Below, piece by piece: positions 9,569 through 20,033 of a DNA stretch of 64,000 nt. The stretch's first letter is position 1; every line of letters starts with the position of its first letter. The position numbers and the translations under genes were made by a program. The notes beneath the pieces are model-generated. The model was not told the DNA's origin and made no database searches. It saw only the letters and a program-made list of their open reading frames with translations. This DNA is from Minisyncoccota bacterium (lineage in GTDB: Bacteria; Patescibacteriota; Patescibacteriia; Patescibacteriales; UBA12465), in the NCBI GenBank assembly GCA_021734405.1, contig JAIPJA010000001.1, positions 1,586 to 65,585 on the forward strand, read 5' to 3'.

Positions 9569-10126
9569 CTATTTCTTATTAAAACTCTTAACAATACTAG
9601 GTATCAAAATTGCATTTCTTTTCCAAATATGAGTTGATGAAAATTTCTTTTCATCTAACTTTATTATATCGACAAAACCACGATCAATAATAGCATCTAA
9701 GCAACTCCCCCATTCAATAAATGTTGTTCCAAATAAACTCTTTTTATAAATACCAGCCTGCGTTAATTTTAAATTATGGATACTGACCTCTGTCCCTGAT
9801 TTGATATCATTGATAGTTTTTTGCACTAATGGAGATGTCGCTTTTGACAAAATATAATTAAAATTTTTAAATGACTCCTCACTAGTACTGCTAAAATTTA
9901 AATCAATCTTATTTTTTCTATTATCGACCAATATTATTCTATTAAAATTTCCATGAAAAGTTTTGGCTCCATAGTAACTGGCAAATTGTCGCCAAGACTT
10001 ACATTTAATACTAACAATATCTTTGAAAAATATTCTGTTGCCTTTTTTTTCAATAAAAGTATTGGAAATTTTAACTTTGTACTTTAAATAATTTACAAGC
10101 TCAATTTCCTTTACATCCTCTTGCAT
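9569..10126 (-). CDS. Hypothetical cargo protein (PH-like beta domains possible)
   Basis: 185-aa ORF in the cargo operon. Confidence 0.6.
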   Translation of the reverse strand: MQEDVKEIELVNYLKYKVKISNTFIEKKGNRIFFKDIVSIKCKSWRQFASYYGAKTFHGNFNRIILVDNRKNKIDLNFSSTSEESFKNFNYILSKATSPLVQKTINDIKSGTEVSIHNLKLTQAGIYKKSLFGTTFIEWGSCLDAIIDRGFVDIIKLDEKKFSSTHIWKRNAILIPSIVKSFNKK

Positions 10127-10148
10127 ATTTTTTATTTTAATAATTAAT

Positions 10149-10685
10149 TTATCCTAGTCGTCCGTAAACAAATTGCTTAAGTAATTCATGTGCATCTTTG
10201 CCCTCTTGTGTTTCGTTGTACGGCTTCTCATCAGTAGACACCCAGTTATACTCATTTAAGATTTTTAATGCATTATTTATATCTTGATCACTAAACTGAC
10301 TTTTAAGATCTTCTATTCTTTCATCTTTATTCTTATCATTTTCCCGATAAACAGCTAAAAAAAGCCTTCTTGCAGATTCATCAATTTTAGAAAAAATGAT
10401 AAAAGGACTATTCTCAATTTCTTTAACCTTACCCTGAAGTTTTAAATAATTATTTTCATCTTTAAAGTCAGCGGGTCCATACAAATTATTTGATTTATTA
10501 TATAAAATGATAAAAAATCCAATTATTGTAAAAAACGGTAACACAAGAAAAGCAATATAAAAAAAATTTGACAGTTTGTCTGACTCAACAAGTTTTGCCA
10601 TAAAACCAAAACCAGTCTCTGATAACAAAAACATAAGTCCGATAATCTGTAATGGCTTATCAATTTTTAATGGGTTAATACTCAT
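10149..10685 (-). CDS. Hypothetical 2-TM membrane protein with C-terminal winged-helix-like region
   Basis: Two hydrophobic helices; LYGPADFKDE; C-terminal NALKILNEYNWV...TQEGK. Confidence 0.6.
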   Translation of the reverse strand: MSINPLKIDKPLQIIGLMFLLSETGFGFMAKLVESDKLSNFFYIAFLVLPFFTIIGFFIILYNKSNNLYGPADFKDENNYLKLQGKVKEIENSPFIIFSKIDESARRLFLAVYRENDKNKDERIEDLKSQFSDQDINNALKILNEYNWVSTDEKPYNETQEGKDAHELLKQFVYGRLG

Positions 10686-10687
10686 AC

Positions 10688-11596
10688 TTATATTGCATTA
10701 TATGATTGTTCAATTAAATTAAACACATAATTCAAATCACTTTCAGAAGCCAAGACTACTTCTGTAACTCCTCCTCCATAGTGACCGATTCTTGTGACAT
10801 CTCTAGCAATTTTCTTTGGATCGTCTAGTTTGTTTATTGGAACTATCAAATGAAGTTTAATTTGAGATTGTTGAAGATGTAAATACAAGAAAGCTGAACT
10901 AGTCCTATATGAAATATAGTGTTTTTTTGCTCTTTCTTCGATATTATCATTAAGAGATAAAATTTTATCTCTCAAAGAATTAAACAACTCTACAACCCCT
11001 TTATTGATGCCATTTGTATGATCTTCAACAGTATAAACCTTAACCTCCTTGCTCACTTTTTCAATTGTTTTATTTTTTGAAATCTTATTTATTGACTCGC
11101 TCCTCTCCGATGATTTTAACTGTTTGTAAAGAATTGTATCATTGTCATATTTTTCTACTTCCCATAATTCAATTGGTAGATCTTTAAAATTAATTGCATT
11201 TTGTTGATATGTAGTAAATGATTGGGAAACAAAAACAACTCTTGATTGCGACCAATCAACATCACTCTTTTTTAAATTATTTCCAGTTTTTTCATTATAC
11301 TCAAGGATAAAATCAGCCTTATTATTAAGCATCAATGACAAATAAGCAAAGCCTTGATCTACTACGCTGAAATTCTTGTCTCTTTTATACTCAATAATCA
11401 CAAAAGATTTATTTTCTTCATCAAATGCCAATGAATCTATTCTAAAATTATGTAAACTGAATTCAGTGCAAACAAAATTGAGACCAAAAATACATTCCAA
11501 ATTATCTTCAGTTAGTTTTTGCAAATCTTTTTCAAGTTTTATTGTAACTTCTTTTATTGGGTTAAGTTTCCCACTTTTGATATTAAATATTGGCAT
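10688..11596 (-). CDS. PD-(D/E)XK (NucS-like) nuclease fused to a DUF5655-like domain
   Basis: LEKDLQ...RIDSLAFD...IIEYKR; C-terminal DDPKKIARDVTRIGHYGGG. Confidence 0.7.
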   Translation of the reverse strand: MPIFNIKSGKLNPIKEVTIKLEKDLQKLTEDNLECIFGLNFVCTEFSLHNFRIDSLAFDEENKSFVIIEYKRDKNFSVVDQGFAYLSLMLNNKADFILEYNEKTGNNLKKSDVDWSQSRVVFVSQSFTTYQQNAINFKDLPIELWEVEKYDNDTILYKQLKSSERSESINKISKNKTIEKVSKEVKVYTVEDHTNGINKGVVELFNSLRDKILSLNDNIEERAKKHYISYRTSSAFLYLHLQQSQIKLHLIVPINKLDDPKKIARDVTRIGHYGGGVTEVVLASESDLNYVFNLIEQSYNAI

Positions 11597-11630
11597 ATAA
11601 TTCCTTGATAATATCCTACAAACATTATCA

Positions 11631-11831
11631 TTATTTTTTATTTCTTTTAAATATTTTTAAATCGCTTAAAGATACTTTCGTTGTTTTTATTTCGATTATT
11701 TCCATATTCCTCAAAATACCTACTACTCCTAGCAACCCATACACTGAACCAATAAAAATTGAAATACATATTGTTACAACTCCAAGCCAAGGAACTACAT
11801 CAAACTTATACATAAAAAAAACCCATTGCAA
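11631..11831 (-). CDS. Small membrane protein
   Basis: 66-aa hydrophobic ORF; start uncertain. Confidence 0.4.
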   Translation of the reverse strand: MQWVFFMYKFDVVPWLGVVTICISIFIGSVYGLLGVVGILRNMEIIEIKTTKVSLSDLKIFKRNKK

Positions 11832-11891
11832 AAAGTGCCGGGACTATTCCAACCGCTTTCATCCATCCAATTTTTAAATACTGTGCCATAC

Positions 11892-12647
11892 TTATTGATA
11901 ATATTTTTTAACAGTTTTTACATAGCTACAATAATCACAATCATCACCTGACTCTGGAATCTTATCATTTTGCAAACATTTATGAGCCTCGACTATTTTC
12001 CCTTCAACCCAACTATCGCTTCCTTCGTATGGAATTAATGTAATATCAAATTCGAGCTTTGCATCAAATGCTTTTCTGTCTGTTTGGCCATTACAATAAA
12101 CGAAATATCCAGTATTAGAAACTTTGTAGCCATTCTTCCTGAGCAACCACTGATAAATTTCCATTTGTCTTTTATAGCCATCTTGCCAATCTTTATCAAG
12201 TGCCTCAATTTTTTCCGTCTTGCTGGTAGATTTATAATCAACTACGATATACTCCTCTTTTGAATTAATCCATAAATCATCAATCGCTCCAAACATTAAA
12301 AAATTTGTCGGTTCATGCAAGAACTGAACCCCTGTAAAGTTATGTCTCCAAACATCAAGATCTTCATGCTCAACTGGAATCGCATCAACTCCATATTTTT
12401 CTATCAAGGGGTGTTTTTCGTTCTTTAATCTTAAAATATCAAACTCTTTTTTCAATAAAGCATCAACCGCACTATTTAAAGCAAATGGAAATCCGGGCGG
12501 TCTCCCAACTCCCATTTTTCTATCCAAATAAAAACATCTTGGGCAATCAATAAAAAGCTCAAGTTTTGATCGACTTAATTTAAATGGATCCGATGATTTT
12601 GGATCGTAAAGCCCTTTTGTGCGTTGTGAATTATAGTATTGTGACAT
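11892..12647 (-). CDS. Cas4/RecB-like PD-(D/E)XK nuclease with Cys cluster
   Basis: SRSKL...CPRCF; GAIDD; VVDYKS; QMEIY; CDYC. Confidence 0.8.
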   Translation of the reverse strand: MSQYYNSQRTKGLYDPKSSDPFKLSRSKLELFIDCPRCFYLDRKMGVGRPPGFPFALNSAVDALLKKEFDILRLKNEKHPLIEKYGVDAIPVEHEDLDVWRHNFTGVQFLHEPTNFLMFGAIDDLWINSKEEYIVVDYKSTSKTEKIEALDKDWQDGYKRQMEIYQWLLRKNGYKVSNTGYFVYCNGQTDRKAFDAKLEFDITLIPYEGSDSWVEGKIVEAHKCLQNDKIPESGDDCDYCSYVKTVKKYYQ

Positions 12648-12654
12648 AGCTTAT

Positions 12655-13350
12655 TTATTCTGAAGTTGAAGTTGATATATTGTTTATTTTTTGATTATCA
12701 GGAATATCATTATTTAAATTGTTGTTTTTATTAATCAATTCTTTCATTATCTCTTGGTAAACTCCGATTGTCTCTTCTGATTTATTGTTGTTAATATTTT
12801 GAACAACATCTTCCAATATTTCTTTTCTAATTTCACTGTCCTTATTTGAAATATCATCTCTTAATTTATCTATTTCATTATTGAGAGATCCTGAAGCAAA
12901 AAAATATCCAATAATCAATGAGACTATGGTAGTTAAAATAAAAGCAAAAGAGTCAAAAATTAAATCAATTAAGTTATCTGCCCATTTTCTATTCCATCTA
13001 TTTTTAAATTCTTGCCATTTGGTTATTTTTTTAATCTTCTGTAAATCTTTTGTATCATAGCTTTCTTTTTCTTTTCCAGTTTTGTCTGTTCTATCTATCT
13101 CTTTGATTTTTTTATCACCAATAATCTCTATATCATCTATATCATCTCTTTCATCTTTCTTACTCACTGCATCTGATGTGCTCCTAATATAATTATCAGA
13201 TCGTATAAAATCAAAATATTCTTTTTTTTCATCATCGCTTTTTCCTACATGTCGATCTCTAACATCCAAAGGAGTATTTCTAATTTTTTTAATTTTTTCC
13301 TTTCTCTTTTTCTTTTTTCTTTCAAGTTTTTTTTGTCTACTGCTTATCAT
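12655..13350 (-). CDS. Hypothetical single-TM protein with basic N-terminus
   Basis: K/R-rich start, one TM, coiled-coil tail; overlaps the upstream ORF. Confidence 0.6.
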   Translation of the reverse strand: MISSRQKKLERKKKKRKEKIKKIRNTPLDVRDRHVGKSDDEKKEYFDFIRSDNYIRSTSDAVSKKDERDDIDDIEIIGDKKIKEIDRTDKTGKEKESYDTKDLQKIKKITKWQEFKNRWNRKWADNLIDLIFDSFAFILTTIVSLIIGYFFASGSLNNEIDKLRDDISNKDSEIRKEILEDVVQNINNNKSEETIGVYQEIMKELINKNNNLNNDIPDNQKINNISTSTSE

Positions 13351-14035
13351 ATGAGCTTAACCACTTCGAATACGTTGTCTCTAATTCTGACAATGCTTTT
13401 TTAAGTTGATCGTCTATATTAGCCTTACTTAGTTTACTTAAAGCTGGTATAAAAAACTTCTGGTAATCAAAATTAAATTCTAATTTATCAACCTCTTTGT
13501 TTTTATTTAATCCATAAATAATATTTATATAGTCTTTTACACCCTTTTTTATTAAACCTTCTGTAGTCTGCTTCTTTTGTGAAAATGACATGCTAAAATT
13601 TTGTAGATTATCTACCGTTTTATTTGTTAACAAATCAATTGTTTTTTCAGATATATCAGTATTTTCAATATCGCAATAAAAAAGAACTCCTACCCTATTG
13701 ATATTCTCTATTGAAAATAAATCAAATATAGAATAAAAATATTCAGTAACTTTTTTTGATAAAAAATTGAATTTTTCTTCAAAATTATTATCTACTTTAA
13801 TCGAAACAATAAAATCATCAGAAGTTATCTTTAAATTCTCACCATTATTGTTGTATAGGGTTTTTTCTTTTGAGGAGGTCTCTGTTATTTTTGGAAAGAA
13901 TTTATTGTCAAATGGTGAATTTGGATCGTTTAATATATTATCAATAATCTCACCAGACATGTCTGGGATTCTAAAAGATCTTGAAAATCTAATTCCAAGC
14001 GTTATACCAACTATACTTTTTTTAATTTCTTGCAT
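13337..14035 (-). CDS. Hypothetical protein, TIGR04255-like
   Basis: GIRF near the N-terminus; INRVGVLF; FDYQ pattern (weak, by eye). Confidence 0.45.
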   Translation of the reverse strand: MQEIKKSIVGITLGIRFSRSFRIPDMSGEIIDNILNDPNSPFDNKFFPKITETSSKEKTLYNNNGENLKITSDDFIVSIKVDNNFEEKFNFLSKKVTEYFYSIFDLFSIENINRVGVLFYCDIENTDISEKTIDLLTNKTVDNLQNFSMSFSQKKQTTEGLIKKGVKDYINIIYGLNKNKEVDKLEFNFDYQKFFIPALSKLSKANIDDQLKKALSELETTYSKWLSSYDKQ

Positions 14036-14056
14036 ATTTTTAAAATTATTTAATTT

Positions 14057-15358
14057 TTAGCTAACAGTTATTTGTCCATTCATAAGCATCGGCAAAAGCC
14101 AGTCGCGCAAAGAAGATAATCTTTGATTTTCCTCCAAATTTTTCTGTTTCTTCTCTTCTATTTTTTCCATAAATTCGAAAAAAACATCTAATATTTGATT
14201 ATCAGGAACTACAATATAATTTTTATCTACAAAATTATCAAATAAAAAGTTTTTTATTCCTGAAGTTTTACCTTCGTAGCCAAAAAAAACTTTGCCATCA
14301 TACATCCTGTTCCAAAAATAATAAAAACTATAAATTAACTTACTATTTTTAAGTGTTATTGCTTTACAAAAATTTGAACAAATTAATGGTTTTGAGAATC
14401 TGCCCATTTTCGAATTTGAGATATAAGCAATACGCCCTGTAGATTGAGTTGGACTCCCACCAGATATTTCAATAATCAAATCATAAGGATTTAATATTTT
14501 ATGCGAATTTTTTTCAAGTATAAATCGCCTAGGAGGGTCGCATTGTTCTTTACCATTCAAGCCATTTATATCTGTTCCACGGATGCAAAATACATCTTGA
14601 GTATAATTTCCGGTCTTTTGATCTTTCCCCCAATCACCACTCTTGTCAGCCGATATTAAATCTTTAACCTTCTCAACACTCCATCCTTTGGGAACTTCGG
14701 CAACAAGCTTATTATTCCTATACATTTTACCTCCACTACTTTTATACGGCTTTCCTTGCTTGTTAGGAAACTCGAATTGCACAAACCAGTATTCATAAAA
14801 TGTTTTTGCTATACTATCTAACTTGTCATTTATTTCGTTATTAAGTTTAATTTTGGAATCAATAAACGATAAAATTTCAGCAATTTTTTTTTGATCTTCC
14901 GCTCTTTCAGGCACTTCAAATTTTAAATTACCAATATCTTCTGGCTTAATCGACGGATAAGAAGATGTAGCGTTCATGCCTAGATTATGGAGATATTCAG
15001 TAATTTGCTTTTGTGTTAAAAGGTAATAAATAAATTTGGGATCGATATTTTCATCTACTATATCTATAGTCGTAAATCCAGTTGATACAATTAAATTTTC
15101 ATCTGGATTTTCTAAGTAACCATAATGTTCTTGATTTGGTCTAACTGTCGAATAGATGATTGAGTTATTTTTAACTCGCCTCTTTGCTCTACTAGGTATT
15201 TTATCTTCCTTTGTATCAAGTATTTTCAAATTAACAATACTATTCTTTGTAATATTTCCAGTATCTAGATATTTAATAACATTAAAATTATCATCCTTCC
15301 CTAATGATTTTAAATTAAGATTTGATATTTTACTGATTTGTATAATTCTTCTATTCAT
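14057..15358 (-). CDS. hsdS: Type I R-M specificity subunit
   Basis: Two TRDs; EDQKKIAEILSFIDSKI; PYKSSGGKM...VPKGW; LRDWLLPMLMNGQ. Confidence 0.93.
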   Translation of the reverse strand: MNRRIIQISKISNLNLKSLGKDDNFNVIKYLDTGNITKNSIVNLKILDTKEDKIPSRAKRRVKNNSIIYSTVRPNQEHYGYLENPDENLIVSTGFTTIDIVDENIDPKFIYYLLTQKQITEYLHNLGMNATSSYPSIKPEDIGNLKFEVPERAEDQKKIAEILSFIDSKIKLNNEINDKLDSIAKTFYEYWFVQFEFPNKQGKPYKSSGGKMYRNNKLVAEVPKGWSVEKVKDLISADKSGDWGKDQKTGNYTQDVFCIRGTDINGLNGKEQCDPPRRFILEKNSHKILNPYDLIIEISGGSPTQSTGRIAYISNSKMGRFSKPLICSNFCKAITLKNSKLIYSFYYFWNRMYDGKVFFGYEGKTSGIKNFLFDNFVDKNYIVVPDNQILDVFFEFMEKIEEKKQKNLEENQRLSSLRDWLLPMLMNGQITVS

Positions 15359-16985
15359 ACTTCAAATTATTCAATTTATGCTCAATTTGATCTTCCAATT
15401 GTTTAGATTTATGAAAACATTCTGATAATTCTTTTTTAAAATTATTAATTTTTTCTTCAAATTCTTTTATCGAAATATCAATATGCTCAATATTTATATT
15501 GAAATATTGACCAGTGCTAAAACTATAATTTTTCTCTTTCACCTCATCGAAGCCAACTACGACTGAAAAATTATCGACTTTTTCCTTATTAGTAAAGACT
15601 CTTACAATCTCTTGCTCTTCCTCTAAACTTAATACGGTTTTTTCATTTTTTCCATCAACTTTAATTTTTTCTCCCATTTTAGAAGCATCCATGAATACAA
15701 CTTTTTCATCTATATTTTCCTTATCAATAAATATTACTGAAACATTTGTTCCAGTGGTGGCAAAAATATTACTGGGCATGCTTATCACACCTTTTAGCAT
15801 TTTTCGATCAATTAATTCTTCCCTGATTTTCTTTTCAATTCCGTTTTGTGCTGTTATAAATCCCGTTGGAACAACAACAGCTGATTTACCTTTCTGTGAT
15901 AACGAATAAATAATATGTTGAAGAAATAAAAGATATATTGCCATTGATTGTTTTTTCTTTTTAGGTACAGTTGGTATACCAGCAAAAAACCTCTCACCAT
16001 TCTCCTTGGTATCAATATCCTCTCTCCAATTACTAAAATCCAACTTGAAAGGAGGATTTGAAACAATATAATCAAATTTCATCAATTCCTTTCCTTGCCT
16101 ATGGTAGGGATCTTTTATTGTATTACCTTGGATAATGTTATGAATTGAATGAACTAAATTATTTAAAATAAGATTTAATCGCAAAAGATGTGATGATTTA
16201 TCTGACAAATCCTGCGAATAAATAGTACATTTATCTTCACCAATCGCATGAGCGACGTTCATTAATAAGGTTCCCGAACCTGCTGATGGATCGTATACCG
16301 TAACATTACTCACTGGCTTATCAACCAAAATAGATGCCATAATTTTAGCTATGGCATGGGGTGTGTAATATTCAGCATAAACACCTCCCCCATCTTTATT
16401 ATAATCTTTAATCAAATACTCAAATATCGTTGAAAAGAAATCAAACTTTTGTTCAAAAATATCTTCAAAGTTAACATCAACTAGCTGATTAATTATAGCT
16501 TTTGAAAAATTATCTTTTTGTTTTTCAGAAAAGTTTTTTAAATATTCATCGACGCCATAAAACAACTGAATTTTATTCCCCTCTTCAGTTTTAACCGAAA
16601 ACACGTCATTATTGATTTTTGAAATATCTCTCAATGTATCACTGAAAAGCTTAGCAAACTGTTCACTGTTTTGCTGATTCCATAATGTCGAAATAAAATG
16701 ATCAGGATATAATCTCGCACTATCAGGACTCATTTTTTTAAGCAAAAACTCATAATCACTCTTAGAGTATTTTTTTATTACTTCTTCCCAGTTATCCGCT
16801 TTTTTAAGTTTTGAATCAAGCTCTTTTACTTCATATCCAAATTTGTCATTCATGAACTTATACAAAAAAACTTGGGTGATAATTTTAAATTCATCCCCAC
16901 TATTACCTAATCCATAATCACTACAAATTCCTTTCAGATTATCGATTAACTGTTTAGTTTTTTGAGTAAAATTTTGCTCTACCAT
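15351..16985 (-). CDS. hsdM: Type I R-M methyltransferase
   Basis: EYYTP; YDPSAGSGTLL; NPPF. Confidence 0.95.
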   Translation of the reverse strand: MVEQNFTQKTKQLIDNLKGICSDYGLGNSGDEFKIITQVFLYKFMNDKFGYEVKELDSKLKKADNWEEVIKKYSKSDYEFLLKKMSPDSARLYPDHFISTLWNQQNSEQFAKLFSDTLRDISKINNDVFSVKTEEGNKIQLFYGVDEYLKNFSEKQKDNFSKAIINQLVDVNFEDIFEQKFDFFSTIFEYLIKDYNKDGGGVYAEYYTPHAIAKIMASILVDKPVSNVTVYDPSAGSGTLLMNVAHAIGEDKCTIYSQDLSDKSSHLLRLNLILNNLVHSIHNIIQGNTIKDPYHRQGKELMKFDYIVSNPPFKLDFSNWREDIDTKENGERFFAGIPTVPKKKKQSMAIYLLFLQHIIYSLSQKGKSAVVVPTGFITAQNGIEKKIREELIDRKMLKGVISMPSNIFATTGTNVSVIFIDKENIDEKVVFMDASKMGEKIKVDGKNEKTVLSLEEEQEIVRVFTNKEKVDNFSVVVGFDEVKEKNYSFSTGQYFNINIEHIDISIKEFEEKINNFKKELSECFHKSKQLEDQIEHKLNNLKYE

Positions 16986-19978
16986 ACTTTTGTGTTATTA
17001 AAATCGTAAAGATATTCTTGAGTTGCACAATTATTAATTAAATCCGCTGACTTGTTGTCCAATTTAATGCCGTGATTTTCAAAGCTTCCAATCACAATAG
17101 GACTCATGAATTTTATAAAATAATCTTCATTTTGAATCATTCTTGCATTATCTAGGACTTTTTGATCAGCTTGTTTTTTGATATCTGTTAAAGTTTCAAA
17201 AATAGTTATTTCTCTAGCATCAACATTCCTCTCTTCTAAAATTCTTTTATGAATTCTTGCGTATTTTTCATCATTCTCATATTTCGCCTTTAGCTGATTA
17301 TTTCTTCTATTTAGATCCGTAATCGCCTCATATATTTTCTCAAGCTCTTTGATATTAGCACTCATTTCTTCTTGGGTAATTTCATCAAGATTTTTCTTAT
17401 CAAATAATCTTCTCAACTCTTCATATAAAGCCACGAATTCTTTGTCATTTTTATCAAAATTTTTACCCATTTCCTCTCTTGTCTTTTTGAGCGTATTCTT
17501 TAGTTTATCAGCTATAACCATTTCTTCCTCTGATACCTTACGGAAAGTAAATATAACGTCTTCTAACGCAACATTCAAGAGGTTGGTTGTTTCTGAATTA
17601 TTCTCCAAAGAATCCTTTAAATTCACCAAGTTTAAATGATTTTCTGCCTCATTATAAAGCATAGCAAGTTTTTTGAAATCTATTTTATCCAAAAGTTCAT
17701 AATGCCCCATCAAACGAATGATATTATAAAGATTTTTTGCACTCATTAAAGCTTTTTTAATCTCTAAAATTTCTTGCTTATCTTGAATGGCAGATATTTG
17801 TTTAGAAAAATTCTCGGCGTTGACTAAATCAAATCTAAAAAGCCTGTCTTTAATAATTTCAATTTCCGATTCTATTTCTTCTTTAGATAAGAAAATATTT
17901 GAATAAGTCTCCATCTCATCACCAAGTTCGTCTTGCAACTCATCAAAATATGCTTTATTTGTGGCATCAAATTCTTTTCGAATATCGGCAAAATCCACTA
18001 CATATCCAAAATGAAAATCTTTATAAGGTCGGTTTACACGAGTTAATGTTTGTAATAAGTTATGTTTTTTTATAACTCTGCCTAGATATAACTTCTTTAA
18101 CCGCTTAGCATCAAAACCTGTTAAAAGCATATTGTACACAAATAGAAAATCAATCTTACCTTCTTTGAATTGGTCAATTTCATCTTTTCTTTCATCTTTT
18201 GTGCCGATATCATGTAAAATCAAACTCGCTGTTAAATTCTCGCTGTGTTTCTTATTAAATACTTCAAACATTTTTTTTGCCTGATCTGAACTATCACAGA
18301 CCACCAACGCACCAATACTATCATCACCGTACATAATTCTACTTTTATCAAAATCTGCAACAATATAGTCTAACATCGGTTCAACAAATTTTGGATGAGA
18401 ATAAACTTTCCTTTTATCAGCATCACCTTTCAATATTTTTATATCTTTTAATGCTTCTTGTAATTTAATCTTGTAACTAGTTTCAATATCCTCTCTTATT
18501 AATTTTAGAGTATATCCATCAGCTATCGATGAATTATAATAATATTTGTGAATATAGTCACCAAAAATAGCTTTTGAGCTTTTATCTTTACCGATGAGCG
18601 GAGTTCCTGTTAGTCCGATAATTATCGCTTCTCTGTCTGAAGTCATTAAATTAGCAAGAAAGCTTCCTTTTGGATCATAACTTCGGTGTACTTCATCTAG
18701 GAAATAAATTCTTTGAATGTTTGTACTATAAAGTCCGCAGTTTAAAACAGCGGTATCTTCTTTGAATTTTTGGATGTTAACTACAGTAATCTCAAGTTGC
18801 CCCTTTAAATTATGTATATTTTTATTACTCTGAAAATCCTTTAATAACTCATCTTTTGAATTTACAGTATGTACTACCAATCCTCGACTTGAAAATTCTT
18901 TTTTAGCTTGAATCAAAAGATCCAAACGATCAACTATAAAATAAAACTTAGGTATGATTTGTTTTTTCTGAAAATAATCAGTTAAATACTTAACATTATA
19001 ATAAGATAATGCAGTTTTTCCGCTTCCTTGGGTATGCCAAATAATCCCCTTTTTAATACCTTTATCAATTGACTGCTCGATTGCTTTGGTAGCAAAAAAT
19101 TGAGGGTATCTCATTACATGCTTTTGAAGTCCATCATGCTCTTTTACGTATGCGATTGCATATCTCAATAACATTGATAATCTATCTCTGCTAAATAATG
19201 AACTTAAGATTCTGTTAGTTGGTGAATCTATATCCTTGTTAGTTATAAACTCTGGGCTATGTTTTATAACATTTAAATTATTATCTTTTAAAACATAATT
19301 CTCTACTTCTTCGTCTTCTGGTTTTATGATCGAATTAACATCGAGCTTCTCCACTGCCACATCCTCTTTAAAAGCGTTAAATATTGCTCTATTATGTGAA
19401 GTGCTTGAATAATAAGCACCCTCAACCTGACCAATTGATTCCGAATCATACTCCATGTTATTTGAGAAAACAAGGAGTTGAGTAATATTAATAAATTTTC
19501 TAAATTTTTTATTTTGAAAACGAGTATTTATTCTATTCCTTTCAGCGATTATCCCCTCTCTATTGTTTGGCTTTTTTACTTCTATAAATGCCAAAGGCAT
19601 ACCGTTTATTAAAAGCGTGATATCTGGTCGAAATTCCTCATCTCCGTTTTTACAAGTAAGTTCTGTAACGACATGGAGTGAATTGTTATCAAAATTATCA
19701 AAATCTATTAATTTTATTTCATTTGATAGCAACATCTCATAAAACTCCTTTCCTAAGTCCTCATTATCCAAAACCAAAGATATCTTTTCGTATAATTTTT
19801 TTATCTCATCATCTTCAACATCTTTATTTATTGCCTTGATGCTATCAAAAAAAATATCTGTAAAAATATTTGTTTCAACATCCCATTTAGATGTTTTTAG
19901 TGATAAGTATTTATACCCCAATCTACAAAGATGTAATATTGCTGGTATTTTTACCCTTGTATCTTCATTGTAAGCCAT
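16979..19978 (-). CDS. hsdR: Type I R-M restriction subunit
   Basis: RPD...FIEVK; HTQGSGKT; DEVHRS; TGTP; MLLTGFD; QTLTRVNR. Confidence 0.95.
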   Translation of the reverse strand: MAYNEDTRVKIPAILHLCRLGYKYLSLKTSKWDVETNIFTDIFFDSIKAINKDVEDDEIKKLYEKISLVLDNEDLGKEFYEMLLSNEIKLIDFDNFDNNSLHVVTELTCKNGDEEFRPDITLLINGMPLAFIEVKKPNNREGIIAERNRINTRFQNKKFRKFINITQLLVFSNNMEYDSESIGQVEGAYYSSTSHNRAIFNAFKEDVAVEKLDVNSIIKPEDEEVENYVLKDNNLNVIKHSPEFITNKDIDSPTNRILSSLFSRDRLSMLLRYAIAYVKEHDGLQKHVMRYPQFFATKAIEQSIDKGIKKGIIWHTQGSGKTALSYYNVKYLTDYFQKKQIIPKFYFIVDRLDLLIQAKKEFSSRGLVVHTVNSKDELLKDFQSNKNIHNLKGQLEITVVNIQKFKEDTAVLNCGLYSTNIQRIYFLDEVHRSYDPKGSFLANLMTSDREAIIIGLTGTPLIGKDKSSKAIFGDYIHKYYYNSSIADGYTLKLIREDIETSYKIKLQEALKDIKILKGDADKRKVYSHPKFVEPMLDYIVADFDKSRIMYGDDSIGALVVCDSSDQAKKMFEVFNKKHSENLTASLILHDIGTKDERKDEIDQFKEGKIDFLFVYNMLLTGFDAKRLKKLYLGRVIKKHNLLQTLTRVNRPYKDFHFGYVVDFADIRKEFDATNKAYFDELQDELGDEMETYSNIFLSKEEIESEIEIIKDRLFRFDLVNAENFSKQISAIQDKQEILEIKKALMSAKNLYNIIRLMGHYELLDKIDFKKLAMLYNEAENHLNLVNLKDSLENNSETTNLLNVALEDVIFTFRKVSEEEMVIADKLKNTLKKTREEMGKNFDKNDKEFVALYEELRRLFDKKNLDEITQEEMSANIKELEKIYEAITDLNRRNNQLKAKYENDEKYARIHKRILEERNVDAREITIFETLTDIKKQADQKVLDNARMIQNEDYFIKFMSPIVIGSFENHGIKLDNKSADLINNCATQEYLYDFNNTKVW

Positions 19979-20033
19979 ATTTATTATTTCTGTTTATTTG
20001 AATTATTTTATTCTTTTCAAATAAAATTGTTAA

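Noticed and set aside
9379-9594. 71-aa ORF upstream of int as an excisionase
   Set aside because: Runs through a terminator and promoter, low complexity, no HTH signature
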